Assembly: GCA_951406725.2 (NCBI GenBank)
Contig: OX597823.1
Location: forward strand, 60,760,001 to 60,824,000
Direction of reading: 5' to 3'
DNA length: 64,000 nucleotides
From: Octopus vulgaris
Lineage: Eukaryota
This document shows, piece by piece, positions 29,318 to 42,469 of this stretch (position 1 is the stretch's first letter; every line of letters begins with the position of its first letter). Made by a program: the position numbers and the translations under genes. Below the pieces are notes generated by a model, which was given only the letters and a program-made list of their open reading frames with translations, had not been told where the DNA came from and searched no databases.

Positions 29318-30186
29318 CAGGGTGCGGTGAATAAACTGTTGTCTAAATTACGCAAAAATGAAAATAGCGCTGACGTCTCATTTTAACAGATATATTTACC
29401 AAAATTACATTAAAAAATCTGGAAATCCCAAAGAGTAAATTTATTGAATTGGAATCACCATGGGTTTCAACCATAGCCTCCAGATGACTTCTGAATCTCC
29501 TGCAACTCTTCTGTATGGTCTCTTGGTTTAAGTTAATGAATGCTGCCATAATCCTTGCCTTCAGCTCATCAAGGTGTTTTGTAGGTCCCTTGCTCAACTG
29601 CACCCCACACATAATAATCAAGGGGCTTGCAGTGTGGGGAGTTAGGTGGCCAGATGTTAGGGGAGATGTGGTTACAGAAATTACCTGACAGCCGTGACTG
29701 GGTTGTCTTGCTTGTGTGACATAGTGCTGAGTCCTGTTGCCAGACATAGGGTCTTCCAGCAGCCATCCTCTTCACCCAGAACAGCACTACCGCCTTCAGG
29801 CACTTGATGTAGGCCTCCGTGTTGAGTCTCTGGCCATGTGGGAAGATGAATGGAGGCATAACATTGCTATCAGTAGCATTCATTCCAAACACCGTGATGT
29901 TGACTGGAAGTTTGATTTTTATCAATCTTGGTACATGCACTGTTCTCAGATTGACACCCAAACACTCTGAAATGTTCGTACTGGAGCTTCCAGTGTGAAT
30001 GTCAAGCAGTACAGCAAGTCGTTTACAAATTTCTGGCAGAGTGAATTGTGTCATGGTGGTGTTTTTCTCACAGACAATACCCAACTAACCCTACTATACT
30101 GTGTAGTCAACAAAATCAAAAACAAACAACATGCATGCGAAAAATAAAAAAATATAAAATGGCAACAATTTACCCATTGAACCTTG
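29318..30186 (-). mobile_element. Internally deleted maT (DD37D, Tc1/mariner superfamily) transposon
   Basis: TA on both sides; imperfect TIRs CAGGGTGCGGTGAATAAACTGTTGTC vs CAAGGTTCAATGGGTAAATTGTTGCC; ORF 29569-30084 has WQQD...WPPNSPHCKPLDYYVWG with exactly 37 residues between the two Asp. Confidence 0.92.
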
Positions 30187-30226
30187 TATGCACACAGACA
30201 TACACACACATATATATATATACATG

Positions 30227-30262
<36 letters not shown>

Positions 30263-30809
30263 TATATATACATATATTATTACATATATACATATACATG
30301 TATATAAATATACATATCTGTATATATATATATATATATATACACAGCCTTGTCACACTCTGACATGCTGAATCTCCCTGAGAACTACATTAGGGGTACA
30401 CATGTCTGTGGATTGCTCAGTTAATTTCATGAGCAAGCTGTTCCATTGATCGTATCAGCTGGGACCCTCGTTGTTGTAACCGACGGAGTGGTCCTATATT
30501 TATATACATATACATACAAACAGACACACAAATGTATTTAAAAGCAGCTGCTTTAACACTTCAGTTTAGTTTCATTCTTCGGATGGTCCAGCTACAGTTG
30601 AAATACATACAGTTAACAAGTTTCTTTGTGAACAACCTGTTTTTGAATTGATTCATCACTGCTACTCCTTGGGCAACTCTCTTGTAGCATTTAATCACGA
30701 GTACTTTGTGCCTATAGTTTGTTCATTGGGGAATGTCCAGAAGGCCACAGTGGTGTATGTGTATGTATCTCTCATAAATATATAATATATATATATATAA
30801 ACATATATA

Positions 30810-30847
30810 CTGTCTGATGAACGGCAATGAGAAACTCAGAGTAACAG
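30810..30847 (+). ncRNA. Minimal type I hammerhead ribozyme motif heading a Penelope-like remnant (to about 30955)
   Basis: ctgt-CTGATGA-acg gcaa tga-GAAA-ctc a gag-TA-acag: perfect 4-bp stem I, intact core, GUA triplet, GNRA-capped but weakened stem II; AATAAA at 30873-78. Confidence 0.8.
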
Positions 30848-30955
30848 ATTTTGTTGAATTTTCTGCTGCTTAAAATAAACCATATTACTCTACCACTGGT
30901 ATTTGAGTACTCTTTTTTCCACCTTGTTTCACATTTATGTGTTTACTCCGGTATA

Positions 30956-31025
<70 letters not shown>

Positions 31026-31134
31026 TGTGTGCATGTATAAGAAAGTTTATATGTATATATATATATATATCTGTAAAAATGCATTTGTATGTGTATAGAT
31101 ATATCTGTTCGTATATTTGTGTGTGTTTGTGTGC

Positions 31135-31178
<44 letters not shown>

Positions 31179-31242
31179 CTCTATATTTGTATTAGTCTAT
31201 CTATTTATATATCTATATCTATCTATCTATCTCTCACTGTAC

Positions 31243-31274
<32 letters not shown>

Positions 31275-31383
31275 GCATATATAAGTCTGTCTCTCTCTCT
31301 ATCTATCTGTATATGTATGCATATATATATTTATATATGTGCTTAAGTGTATACATTTCTATCTATATTTACATAAAATAGGT

Positions 31384-31462
<79 letters not shown>

Positions 31463-31490
31463 TATATGTCTGTATATATCTATATGTCTG

Positions 31491-31527
<37 letters not shown>

Positions 31528-31544
31528 ATGTGCATGCATGGATA

Positions 31545-31581
<37 letters not shown>

Positions 31582-32580
31582 ATAGGGAAAATGGAAAATG
31601 GAGTCTGGCACTCAAGATCTTATTAAATCATTTATATCTTCATATCATAGACATATATTTCAATGCATGCATTCAAAATAAATCCGACAGGACGAATAAT
31701 GTGGATCAATGCATCAAGCTCATCAGGGAAGATATAGACAACAGTGTACATCAATTAGACATTTTAACAGATGTAAGGAACTCCAATATCTTGAGCATTT
31801 GTCTCCATTTTCAAGTTTTCTTATGTTCTCCAAAATACATCTCATTTCCCCCCGGAATTAACTCCCACACAAGTGTGATGACTGATTCCTAGGACACTTA
31901 TGTGACATGTGGCTACCTTGTAATTATTCCCCTGGATCTTTCTTATTAATTGAACATTCATACATATACATATATGTATGTATATCTATACATGTATTTG
32001 CTTATTCTCATATGGAATTGTATTGTCAGGGACTTTGAAGTTTCAGCTTACTTACCATCATCTGACCATCAAATGAACACAAGTTGATTGAAACTTCAAT
32101 GCTACTGCCAATTCTTTTCCTAGTAAAAATGATGAACGTTGATACATCAGTTCATTAAGTCCTGTGGACCTATGGCAGCCGAGAATACAGATGTTAAACG
32201 TAGATGATAATATTATGTATGTATGTGTGTGTGTGTATATATATATATATATGTATGTATGTATACGTATATGTGTTTGCATGTCTGTGTGTAAATGTGT
32301 GTGTGTGTGTGTGTGTGTATACATATATGTCTGTGTCTATGAATACATATATGTATACATGTATGAATTATTGGTGTGAAGGTTCATAAGTTACTGAAAT
32401 CCAAGGCAGTTTAATAAGTGCCTCAAATTAAATGCTTTGCCCTTTCCTGACTTACTTAGCTATAAACTAATCCCTGTATACATGTGTCTATGTATGTATG
32501 TATGTATGTATGTATGTATATGTATATATATGTGTATGTATACACACACACACGCGCACACAAAGGTGAGCTTGTAAGAG

Positions 32581-32689
32581 CAAAACAAGGTGGAGAAAAT
32601 AGTACACAAATACAAGAGGTAGAGTAATATACTTTTTATCAAAGTGCAAAATTGTCACTGAGATACATTTTCCTGTTCATTAGACAGTT

Positions 32690-32690
<1 letters not shown>
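32581..32690 (-). mobile_element. Second, more decayed copy of the 30810 hammerhead-bearing repeat
   Basis: Minus strand ctgt-ctaatga...ctcag-tg-acaa...tattactctacctcttgtatttgtgtactattttctccaccttgttt aligns with 30810-30930. Confidence 0.65.
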
Positions 32691-32734
<44 letters not shown>

Positions 32735-33985
32735 TAATGTGTGCGTGCATCAATATATGCATGCACACACACACACACTCACACACACATATGCACATGT
32801 GTGTCTGCATGATGTTCGTCGGCTTGTAGTTTGTGTTTATGTAGTGCAATCTTAAACGATCTACTGCTGTTCCTTTTCCCTATTGGGTACATCGCTGCCT
32901 TGATTTGGGACCTAGTTACGCTGAACACACATTATTACGGCTAGAGCAAGAATCTCTCTATCAAACACTCTGTAAAGGCCTTGCCTGCACAGGTAATAGA
33001 TCCTGCATATTCCCTTGGTTGAAGAATGTACGGAATTAGCTCTATTTCATTGTTTGCAGGCACATGTGATATGCCAGTCTTGGATTAGTAAAGTCTGCAT
33101 TCTGAGTTGCACCTGAAGACAGAAATGAGAGACAGATGGTGTGCAGAATATGTTTGCATATCAAATTTTACAGTGACAAATACTTGTGCAATATTAGTGC
33201 CATTCCTAATTGGATTAAAGGCATGAAAGTAGCAACAGGCAAAAATAAAAGCAAAATATCCAGCAAGATACAGAAACTGCTGATTTTCAAGTTAGAGTGT
33301 CTTTCTCTTGTGAGCATTTAAATGCTCAGTTAGCATCAGATATAGCTGCACATGCAGATATTGACTTTACAGGATGGCCTGGCCACCAGCTCTTGTCTCA
33401 GGTTTGACAAGTTTTGTTTTCCACCCTGCTGGGTGTCTGAAAAAGATCAACCTGTTGCAGAAAACTCAATGAGGTTATAGGCTGTGTCCAGTTTCATGTT
33501 ACTAATAGTATTTCTGAGCAGCTTAACAAAGAAACATGCACATACACACACAAATGCACACGGGCAGATTTTTTGCTTTTGTGTGTGTGTATGGTGTGAA
33601 AGACAAAGAAATACATACATATAAACACTCAAAAAACACACGTACAAAAATACATCATACATACATAAATGCATAATGCATATATCTCTATATATACATA
33701 TATATATGTAAATACACACACACACACAGATATATGTATATATACACACATATTGATATATACACACACAAACACAAACACACAGACACATATATACATA
33801 CATATGTACTTATATATGTGTGTGTGTTTTTTTCAGTTTTTCTGTACCAAATCTACTCACAGAATTTTAGTTGACTTGAGACTATACACCCATGCCAATG
33901 TATATACATTTATATTTATATGTATATATATTCATATTAATATATATATATATTTATATATTTATATGTATATATATTCTCTTAA

Positions 33986-34027
<42 letters not shown>

Positions 34028-34032
34028 ATATA

Positions 34033-34066
<34 letters not shown>

Positions 34067-34070
34067 AACA

Positions 34071-34105
<35 letters not shown>

Positions 34106-34113
34106 AAAAAATA

Positions 34114-34147
<34 letters not shown>

Positions 34148-34151
34148 AACA

Positions 34152-34184
<33 letters not shown>

Positions 34185-34316
34185 TAATAAAAAGAATTCC
34201 AACCTTGTCTGATTTTCACGTTTTATTTACAATCTTATAATGATATATTATAAGATAATATATTATAATTGAATAAAATAAAATGAAATAGTAGAATGTT
34301 AAATGTTCATTCTGAT

Positions 34317-34361
34317 TGAACTAGTACTTTCATGCATTGAATTCTGCAATCTTCGGGTTCA
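34317..34361 (-). ncRNA. Minimal type I hammerhead ribozyme motif, one core substitution
   Basis: Minus strand tgaac-CCGAAGA-t tgca gaattcaa tgca t-GAAA-gtac-TA-gttca: 5-bp stem I, 4-bp stem II, palindromic stem III, CUA triplet; U4 replaced by C. Confidence 0.75.
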
Positions 34362-34409
34362 TGTAGTAGTGTTGACAGTCATGCTTCACAATTTTTGACT
34401 ATATAAACA

Positions 34410-34460
<51 letters not shown>

Positions 34461-34775
34461 ATATATATATATAAATATATATAGACATACATATATATAC
34501 ATATATAAACATATATATAAACATGTATATATATATACATATATACACATATATAAAAATATACATATTTACATATACATATATACATATATAAACATAT
34601 ATATAAACATGTATATATATATACATATATACACATATACATATATAAACATACATATTTACATATACATATATATTTATACACACACACACACATATAT
34701 ATACATACACACACACATATATATATATACACACATATATATATACATATATATGCATTATATATACACAAGCAT

Positions 34776-35143
34776 TGTTGTGTGGTGAGAAGTTTGCTTG
34801 CCAATCACAAGGTTCTGAGTTCAGTCCTACTGTGTGGCACCTTGTGTCTACCAAAGTTTTGTGAATGGATTTGGTAGATGAAAACTAAAAAAAGGCTGTT
34901 GCATATACACATATATATACACATATGCGCACGTGTGTGTGCATATTTGTATCTGTGTTTGTCCTGCACCACCGTTTGACAACAAGTGTTGGTTTGTTTC
35001 TGTCCTTGTAACTCAGTGGTTGGGCAAAATAACTGGTAACATGCATACCAGGTTAAAAACAAAAACGTTTTAAAATTCTTTGGGGTGGTGTCTCAGAATA
35101 GCCACAATCTAATGACTAAAAGAAGTAAAAGCTTAAAATAAAG
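34776..35143 (+). mobile_element. Family A SINE
   Basis: gtgtggtgagaagtttgcttgccaatcac head, ggatttggtagatgaaa, internal microsatellite, aatgactaaaagaagtaaaag tail. Confidence 0.8.
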
Positions 35144-35274
35144 ATATATATATATATATATATACATACATATACTATCTATCTATCTATATATATATAT
35201 ATATATTTATACACACATGCACACACACACACGTATATATATACACACACACATCATCACACATACGTATAAGA

Positions 35275-35544
35275 TTTGAGCAGAGTTGACACCAACATCG
35301 GAACCAACTTCATGCAAGCATGAAAGCACACTGATAAGATGCTGCTCCTCTAAATGGAAACCTTACCTGTCATTGTGGTTTTGTGATACGGAGCTAAACA
35401 GGCCTTGCTATCCACTCAAGGAAACACAAGATGAATGATCCATAAGCACTTGAGCAAACTGAGTCCTCAATTTGTTCCATATGCCAAAAGGTTTGTAAGG
35501 CACCAGCAGGCCTCAAGAGACATATTCATGTCGACAGAACATGA
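35275..35544 (+). mobile_element. Decayed LINE (probably RTE) ORF C-terminus with two C2H2 zinc fingers
   Basis: Single frame with 4-5 stops: FEQS*HQH...LTCHCGFVIRS*TGLAIHSRKH...ICSICQKVCKAPAGLKRHIHVD. Confidence 0.65.
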
Positions 35545-36351
35545 TTAAGGCTTTACTTTACTGAACTGTCAATTTTCACATCCACGATGACAGAATCAAT
35601 CATGTATATATGTGTATATATATATATATATATATACATACATACATACATACATACATACATACATACATAGGTGTGTGTGTGTATGCATATGGAGGTA
35701 CGTGGCTTAGTGGTTAGAGTGCTGGTTTCTTGACAGTTGGATTGTTGTTTCACCTTCTGGACTTGGTTAATCGTGTTTTTGAGCAGACCATTTCATTTCA
35801 TGTTGCTCCAGTCCACCCAGCTGGCAAAAGTAAGAAATCTTATGACAGACCGGTGTCCTGTCCAGTGTGTGTATGTGGGGGGGGGATATGTACATCACAG
35901 AAACTGGGGGAACTGGCCCTACTAGTCTATATGACTCAGGAAAAAGCTTTATCCTTTACATATATGTGTACATATGTATATACATATATATAGGCATATG
36001 TGTGTGTATATATATATATGTGTGTGTATGTATGTGTGGAGTGGTTGGCGTTAGGAAGGGCATCCAGCCGTAGAAACATTGCCAGATCAAACTGGGCCTG
36101 GTGCAGCCTTCTGGCTTCCCAGACCCCAGTTGAACCGTCCAACATATGCTAGCATGGAAAGCGGATGCTTAACGATGATGATGATGATGATGATATATAT
36201 GTATATATTGATACACACACACACATAAATACATATAAATGCTTGTGTATATATATATATGTAGGTATATATATGTTATATATATGTAGATATATGTGAG
36301 TGTGTGTATATATATATGTATATGTGCATATATATGTGATATATATCTGTG

Positions 36352-36406
<55 letters not shown>

Positions 36407-36572
36407 TCATATATATACAAGCATATACACTAGCATTTATATGCATATTTATATATAAATATATTCATATGTATATACATATTTATACTCTAGCATTTAA
36501 ATGTATATAAATAATATATGTATATTTGCAGGTATGTTCAGTCAAACAAATCAACCTAAGTACTTTTGTGTG

Positions 36573-36608
<36 letters not shown>

Positions 36609-36631
36609 CCAGATATATGTACTTTTGTGTG

Positions 36632-36673
<42 letters not shown>

Positions 36674-36939
36674 TATATATTTATATATATATATATGCAG
36701 ATATATATATAGATCGATAAATATAGATATATGTAAATATATACATACATATAGATATATGTAAATATATATACATATGTATATATATATATATATATAT
36801 ATTTGTAAACATATATACATACATATATAAATATATATATATAGATAGATATATCTGAATATATATGAAAATTTATATATATTGATATATCTAAATATAT
36901 ATACATGTATATATATTTATATATATTGATATATCTAAA

Positions 36940-37012
<73 letters not shown>

Positions 37013-37079
37013 GATGTAATAAGAATTTTTAAAACTTTACTGAGAATGTGAAATAATTAATTTTGGATATTGTTTCTTG

Positions 37080-37300
37080 AGGAGGTGGTGAGCTGACAGG
37101 ACCATTATTACACCAGGTAAAATACTTAGTGGTATTTCATTCATTTTTGCATTCTTTGTTGAAATACCACTAAGGTTGACTTTGCTTTTCATCCCTTTGG
37201 GGGTCAATGAAAAGATTTTCAGTTTAGCATTGTGAGGGATGCAATTGACTTCCCCCATCCCCAGGAAATACTGGTCTTCTGCCAAAATTTGAAACTAATA
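37080..37300 (+). mobile_element. Old Nin/Deu-like SINE
   Basis: gaggtggtgagctgacag head, aggttgactttgcttttcatccctttgggggtcaat domain, gccaaaatttgaaac tail. Confidence 0.7.
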
Positions 37301-37530
37301 CTCATTCTTGAGGCACTTTACATAATGCTATAAAGGACGCAAATCTAAATATTGGTTTGGACAACACTTTTTGGATGGAAAATGTGAAAGTCTCGCAGGT
37401 AGCTTTGAACATTTTTTATCGAAAAAGGAGTTTACCAGCCCTTAATTTACATGCTATTGTTTACACATATATAGGTACTCACACATGCTCACTCACTCAC
37501 TCACACACACACATATATACATATACATAC

Positions 37531-37563
<33 letters not shown>

Positions 37564-39373
37564 TGTATGTATAGGAATATATAGATATATGTTTATAAAT
37601 TGTGCAATAGAGTAGTATTGCTTCCCAGTAAAACAAAACATATGTTTATATACGTGTATATGAATGTGTTTATGTATTTACACACAAACTCATAGACATA
37701 TGAATATGCATGAAAATGACCATACATGCACATATACACACTGGATACACATGTGCTTATATATGTTTGCGTTTATAGCTGCCTTCATTATGTGTGAGAC
37801 ATTGAATGTAAGTGCAATCAGATTATACTCGGTTGGGTGTGGCTTTTTATTTCCTTGTGAAAGAGACGCAGTGTCTGTCATTGGAAATGCCCTTCAGTGT
37901 TCCTAATTTTTAAGAAAAGCATCTTTGACTGTGACAAATTCTACTTATTTCTTATATTTGAAGATGTTTCAATTTATTTTTTCCTCACCTGAACATCTGC
38001 CTAATCTTCTTCCATAGTGCCAGATCTACCAGTGATCTACTTTTCTGTTTCACTCTCTTTTGGGCACTTGCCTGGCATTACTTCTGTAAAAACCTTTATT
38101 ATTGCCCTAGCAATCAGCAATGCATCTTGTGGGAATCTTCTATGGAAACTTCCTATCTATATGATCCCTCCTTATACCTTTCTGAGTTGGTACTTTCTAC
38201 CAGATTGCACCTTATGTGTTTATAGAATTCTTTGTGTCCCACTGTTAGTCATGTTATGTATGCCTTATAATTGATAATCTTCCCCATTCGCTTCTTTGTA
38301 TATATCAATGACCATTTGCTGCCATATTAAATCACATCCACTGTTACAAAGATAATATGACCCTTCATTCCTTTCAAAACTTACCCAGGGACACATTGGT
38401 TATAGTGCACTTAATTGCTAGCCACACATTAATCTCACTGATCCCATGTGTTGTAAGCACAGAAAGCATCCTCCAGTGGTGGGTTATATGAAACATGCCC
38501 TCTTCAGTAGGAAAGGACGAAAAAATAACCTTCAAGCTCTATATACATCAGTCACGAGCACATTCCTGTGCATGAGACTTTCTGAATGGAATATCTAAAG
38601 AAAAATTACCTTGAATGTATTTAGCAATATAGCCCTCCTGATGATGAGCCATGTTTCATGTGGCCCACTCCATGAAAACGGTTACCCATGCCTGTATTAT
38701 GTCAAGAAACACTTATGGCACACATCTCACCACCTGAAGGTCATTCAAGCAAAATCTGTAAAGTTACTCCCAAATGTCACTCCTCTTAACTAATGTGGAG
38801 TTTTCTTGAGAAGATAATATTCTTGTAATCACTAGGGCTGTAACCTGAAGACATTTATTTATTCAGTATCAGGAATTACTTGCTGGCACTCTACTAATAT
38901 CATATGAGGCTTACAATGTTGTTTTGTTCCCACATATGGGATAGTTTTTGTCTTGCATACACCGACGTCCTTGACCAACACAAAGAAATTACACCCGACT
39001 CTGTATGTGGGTGTGTGTATGGTGGTGACAGTGTCACGTAAAATGCACTGGTACTGGTGCCATGTAATGTGAACTGGTGCTGGTGCCACATAGAAAGCAC
39101 TGGTTATGTCACCACATAACAAGCACTTGTGACGGTGCCACATAAAAAAGCACTCACTATACTCTGTGAAGTGGTTGGTGTTAGGAAGGGAATCCAGCTG
39201 TAGAAACCATGCTAATACAGACTATGGATCCCAGTGTGACTCCTGGCCCTGCCAGCTCTTCTCAAACCATCTGACCCATATCAGCATGGAATACAAATGT
39301 TAAACAATGATGATAATGATGATATATACGGTCATAAATGTATGTGTATATGTTGAAACCTCTCCTGTGTATA

Positions 39374-39767
39374 TCTTTATATATAAAAGTGAGGTTGTGT
39401 GCTGTCTGTCTCCTACGATTTAGATTCCTAACTACTCCCACATTTTGCGGTGCAGTTTAACCAAAACCGGGTATCTTATAGTCGTGATTCATATCGAGCC
39501 CTTCTGGGTATTAGCGCGTCTACGACGAGTCTACGATTTAAAAAAAAATTTACCATCAATTTTTCCCATTTTTAATGCATTTTTGGCATATATAAGGGAA
39601 GTAATTCTCTAAAAATTTATTATTAAATCTCAGAACATAAAAAGCTACAGTAACACCCCACCTTTGTGGTTAGCCATATTGAGATGGCTATTATACTTTG
39701 CATCTCTAAAAATGCTTATATAGTTATTTCCCTTACAAACCCGAGCAACGCCGGGCGATACTGCTAG
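39374..39767 (+). mobile_element. Non-autonomous Helitron, 394 bp
   Basis: Begins TC after host A (39373), ends CTAG before host T (39768), subterminal hairpin CCCGAGC-AAC-GCCGGG (39740-55), no TSD, CpG-rich. Confidence 0.88.
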
Positions 39768-40017
39768 TATATATATATATGTATACATCTAAGTATGTAT
39801 ATATATGTATGTGCACATATATGTATGTGTGTTTCTTTGTGTGGCTCCCTGCACTGCTTGACCATTGATGTTAATTTCTTTATGACCCTGTAACTTAGTA
39901 GATTTAGAGAAGAAACTGATAAAATAAGTACTAGACTTAAAAAAATAAATACTTGGGCCAATTTGTTAAACCCTTCAAAGTAGTGACTCTAGATGGCTAA
40001 GTAAACCAAAAATGATA

Positions 40018-40063
<46 letters not shown>

Positions 40064-40179
40064 GTATGTGTGTATATGCATGATGTATGTGTGTGTATAT
40101 ATATATATGCACATATATATAGTGTATGTGTAGGTACAAAGCATATATGGGTACATGTATGTGTAATATGGTACATTCC

Positions 40180-40228
<49 letters not shown>

Positions 40229-40442
40229 TAATGAAAAAATTATTGTGCATATATACATGCACACACATGTATAGCAACAGTCACAGACGTACATATATAT
40301 GCATAGTAAAATGATATATTATTATGTATTAAATGTTGTACATATATGTCCTCAGTGTGTGTACACACACACACACACACATATATGTATATACATATAC
40401 ATCATCATATATATATCTACATATATATATACACATATATAC

Positions 40443-40474
<32 letters not shown>

Positions 40475-41054
40475 ATATATGTATGTATATCAATATGCAT
40501 ACATATTTTGCATATTTTTATGTGTATATGTAAAAAAAAAACACTATGTGCGCATGTATATATTTAAATAAGACGTATATAGTTTATGGGTATGTATATA
40601 TATATATATATATATGTGGATATCGATTTCGATATATATATGTTTGTGTGTGAGTTTGTGTGAACGTGCTTGGCCCATAGGGTTATGGTGTTGCACTCAG
40701 GATCACGACATCAATTCTCAGACTGGTTGTGTATTGTGTTCTTGATCAAATCACTTTGTTTCATATTGCTTCTGTCTGCTCACCTGTTATCAAGCAACCC
40801 GGCAATGGACTGGCATTTCATTCAGGGAGAACATTGAGCAGCCCATCTAGGCAGATGGGTATCATGATTTGAACACTAAAAACAATGCGAGAAAGTACAC
40901 TGTGACTAGCAATGTATAAAACATCACAAATAGCCATACTGTGATACTGTGACATGTGTGTGTGGTCTGTATGTATACGTGTGTGTATGTGTGTTTGTGT
41001 GTGTGTGTGTATGCGTATTTAGTATATTTATGTGTATTCATATATATATATATA

Positions 41055-41102
41055 TATATGTGTATACAATCTACATATAAGCATAAACTTTATGTATATA
41101 GT

Positions 41103-41136
<34 letters not shown>

Positions 41137-41179
41137 TGTGTATACACTCTACATATAAGCATAAACTTTATGTATATAG

Positions 41180-41224
<45 letters not shown>

Positions 41225-41337
41225 TGTGTATACACTCTACATATAAGCATAAACTTTATGTATATAGTTATATATATATATATATACACATATATGTGTA
41301 TACACTCTACATATAAGCATAAACTTTATGTATATAG

Positions 41338-41377
<40 letters not shown>

Positions 41378-41502
41378 ATACACTCTACATATAAACATAA
41401 ACTTTACGTATATAGTTATATATATATGCATGTGTATATATATATATATACACATATATGTGTATACACTCTACATATAAGCATAAACTTTATGTATATA
41501 GT

Positions 41503-41525
<23 letters not shown>
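41055..41525. repeat. Minisatellite: six copies of a roughly 45-50 bp unit separated by variable (TA)n
   Basis: Unit atgtgtatacactctacatataagcataaactttatgtatatagtta repeated near 41058, 41136, 41224, 41294, 41372 and 41458. Confidence 0.92.
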
Positions 41526-41535
<10 letters not shown>

Positions 41536-41709
41536 GTGTATATATATATATATATAGCTATACAGACACATTGATATTCACACACATACATATATATACA
41601 TATGTATATATATATATATATATACATATGTATATATATATATATATTATATAAGTGTATACACACACAAATATATAGCTACATATATCGATATATATAT
41701 ATACATAAA

Positions 41710-41748
<39 letters not shown>

Positions 41749-42186
41749 CATACATACACACACACACAGACTTTATGTATATATGTGTGTCTGAGTATAT
41801 GCACATACACGCACATTTTATAAATGCGTGCACGTATATACTTTTTTTCTAACAGATTCGGATCATGAGCTATGACCATGCAGGGTCATTGCTATTGGTA
41901 ATGCTATGCTTTTACAGATCCTTCTTTTACAGTTGGCATTTGGTGAATGTGAGCTTTCCAAGTGGGCCCCTCTCCTCTATGTACATTTCTCACCATGAAT
42001 TTAGTTCATTTGGAATTCTAGTATGCACCACTTCGTGCGTTTCCATAAAACACATGTCTATTAAGATCACAGTTCATATTCCTGGGGTGGTTACAGTGTA
42101 GTCTGTAATATCCATGGGCATTATTATTACTATATTTATCCAACATTATATTGGTACAGCTTGATGCAACCCCAAACAAATTTAAA

Positions 42187-42225
<39 letters not shown>

Positions 42226-42229
<4 letters not shown>

Positions 42230-42440
42230 GGGGTGCTGAAAAGTTGCTGGTTTTAAGGGTATCACAAAAGTCCTGATTGGAGGTGCAACTTTCCAAGCTC
42301 TTTTACTGCGCTTACAAAAACTGAAAGGCTGCTGCAATAAGTGTGTGAATTTAGGAGGGAAATATTTCCAATAAAATCATAATTAACTGACCCACCTGTA
42401 TAATCTACCCAAATCCAAGAACTTTTCAGCACTGCCTTGG
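42226..42440 (+). mobile_element. Mariner-derived MITE
   Basis: TIRs ggggtgctgaaaagtt / aacttttcagcact; retains transposase end NKCVNLGGKYFQ*; second copy at 54415-54630. Confidence 0.8.
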
Positions 42441-42469
42441 ATATGCATATATATATATATATACATCTG

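Noticed and set aside
33109-33145. gcac-CTGAAGA...gtgc possible hammerhead
   Set aside because: The GAAA box and UH triplet cannot be placed consistently with stems II and III.
41055-41525. CRISPR-like repeat-spacer appearance
   Set aside because: Spacers are only (TA)n, there are no cas genes and the context is eukaryotic.
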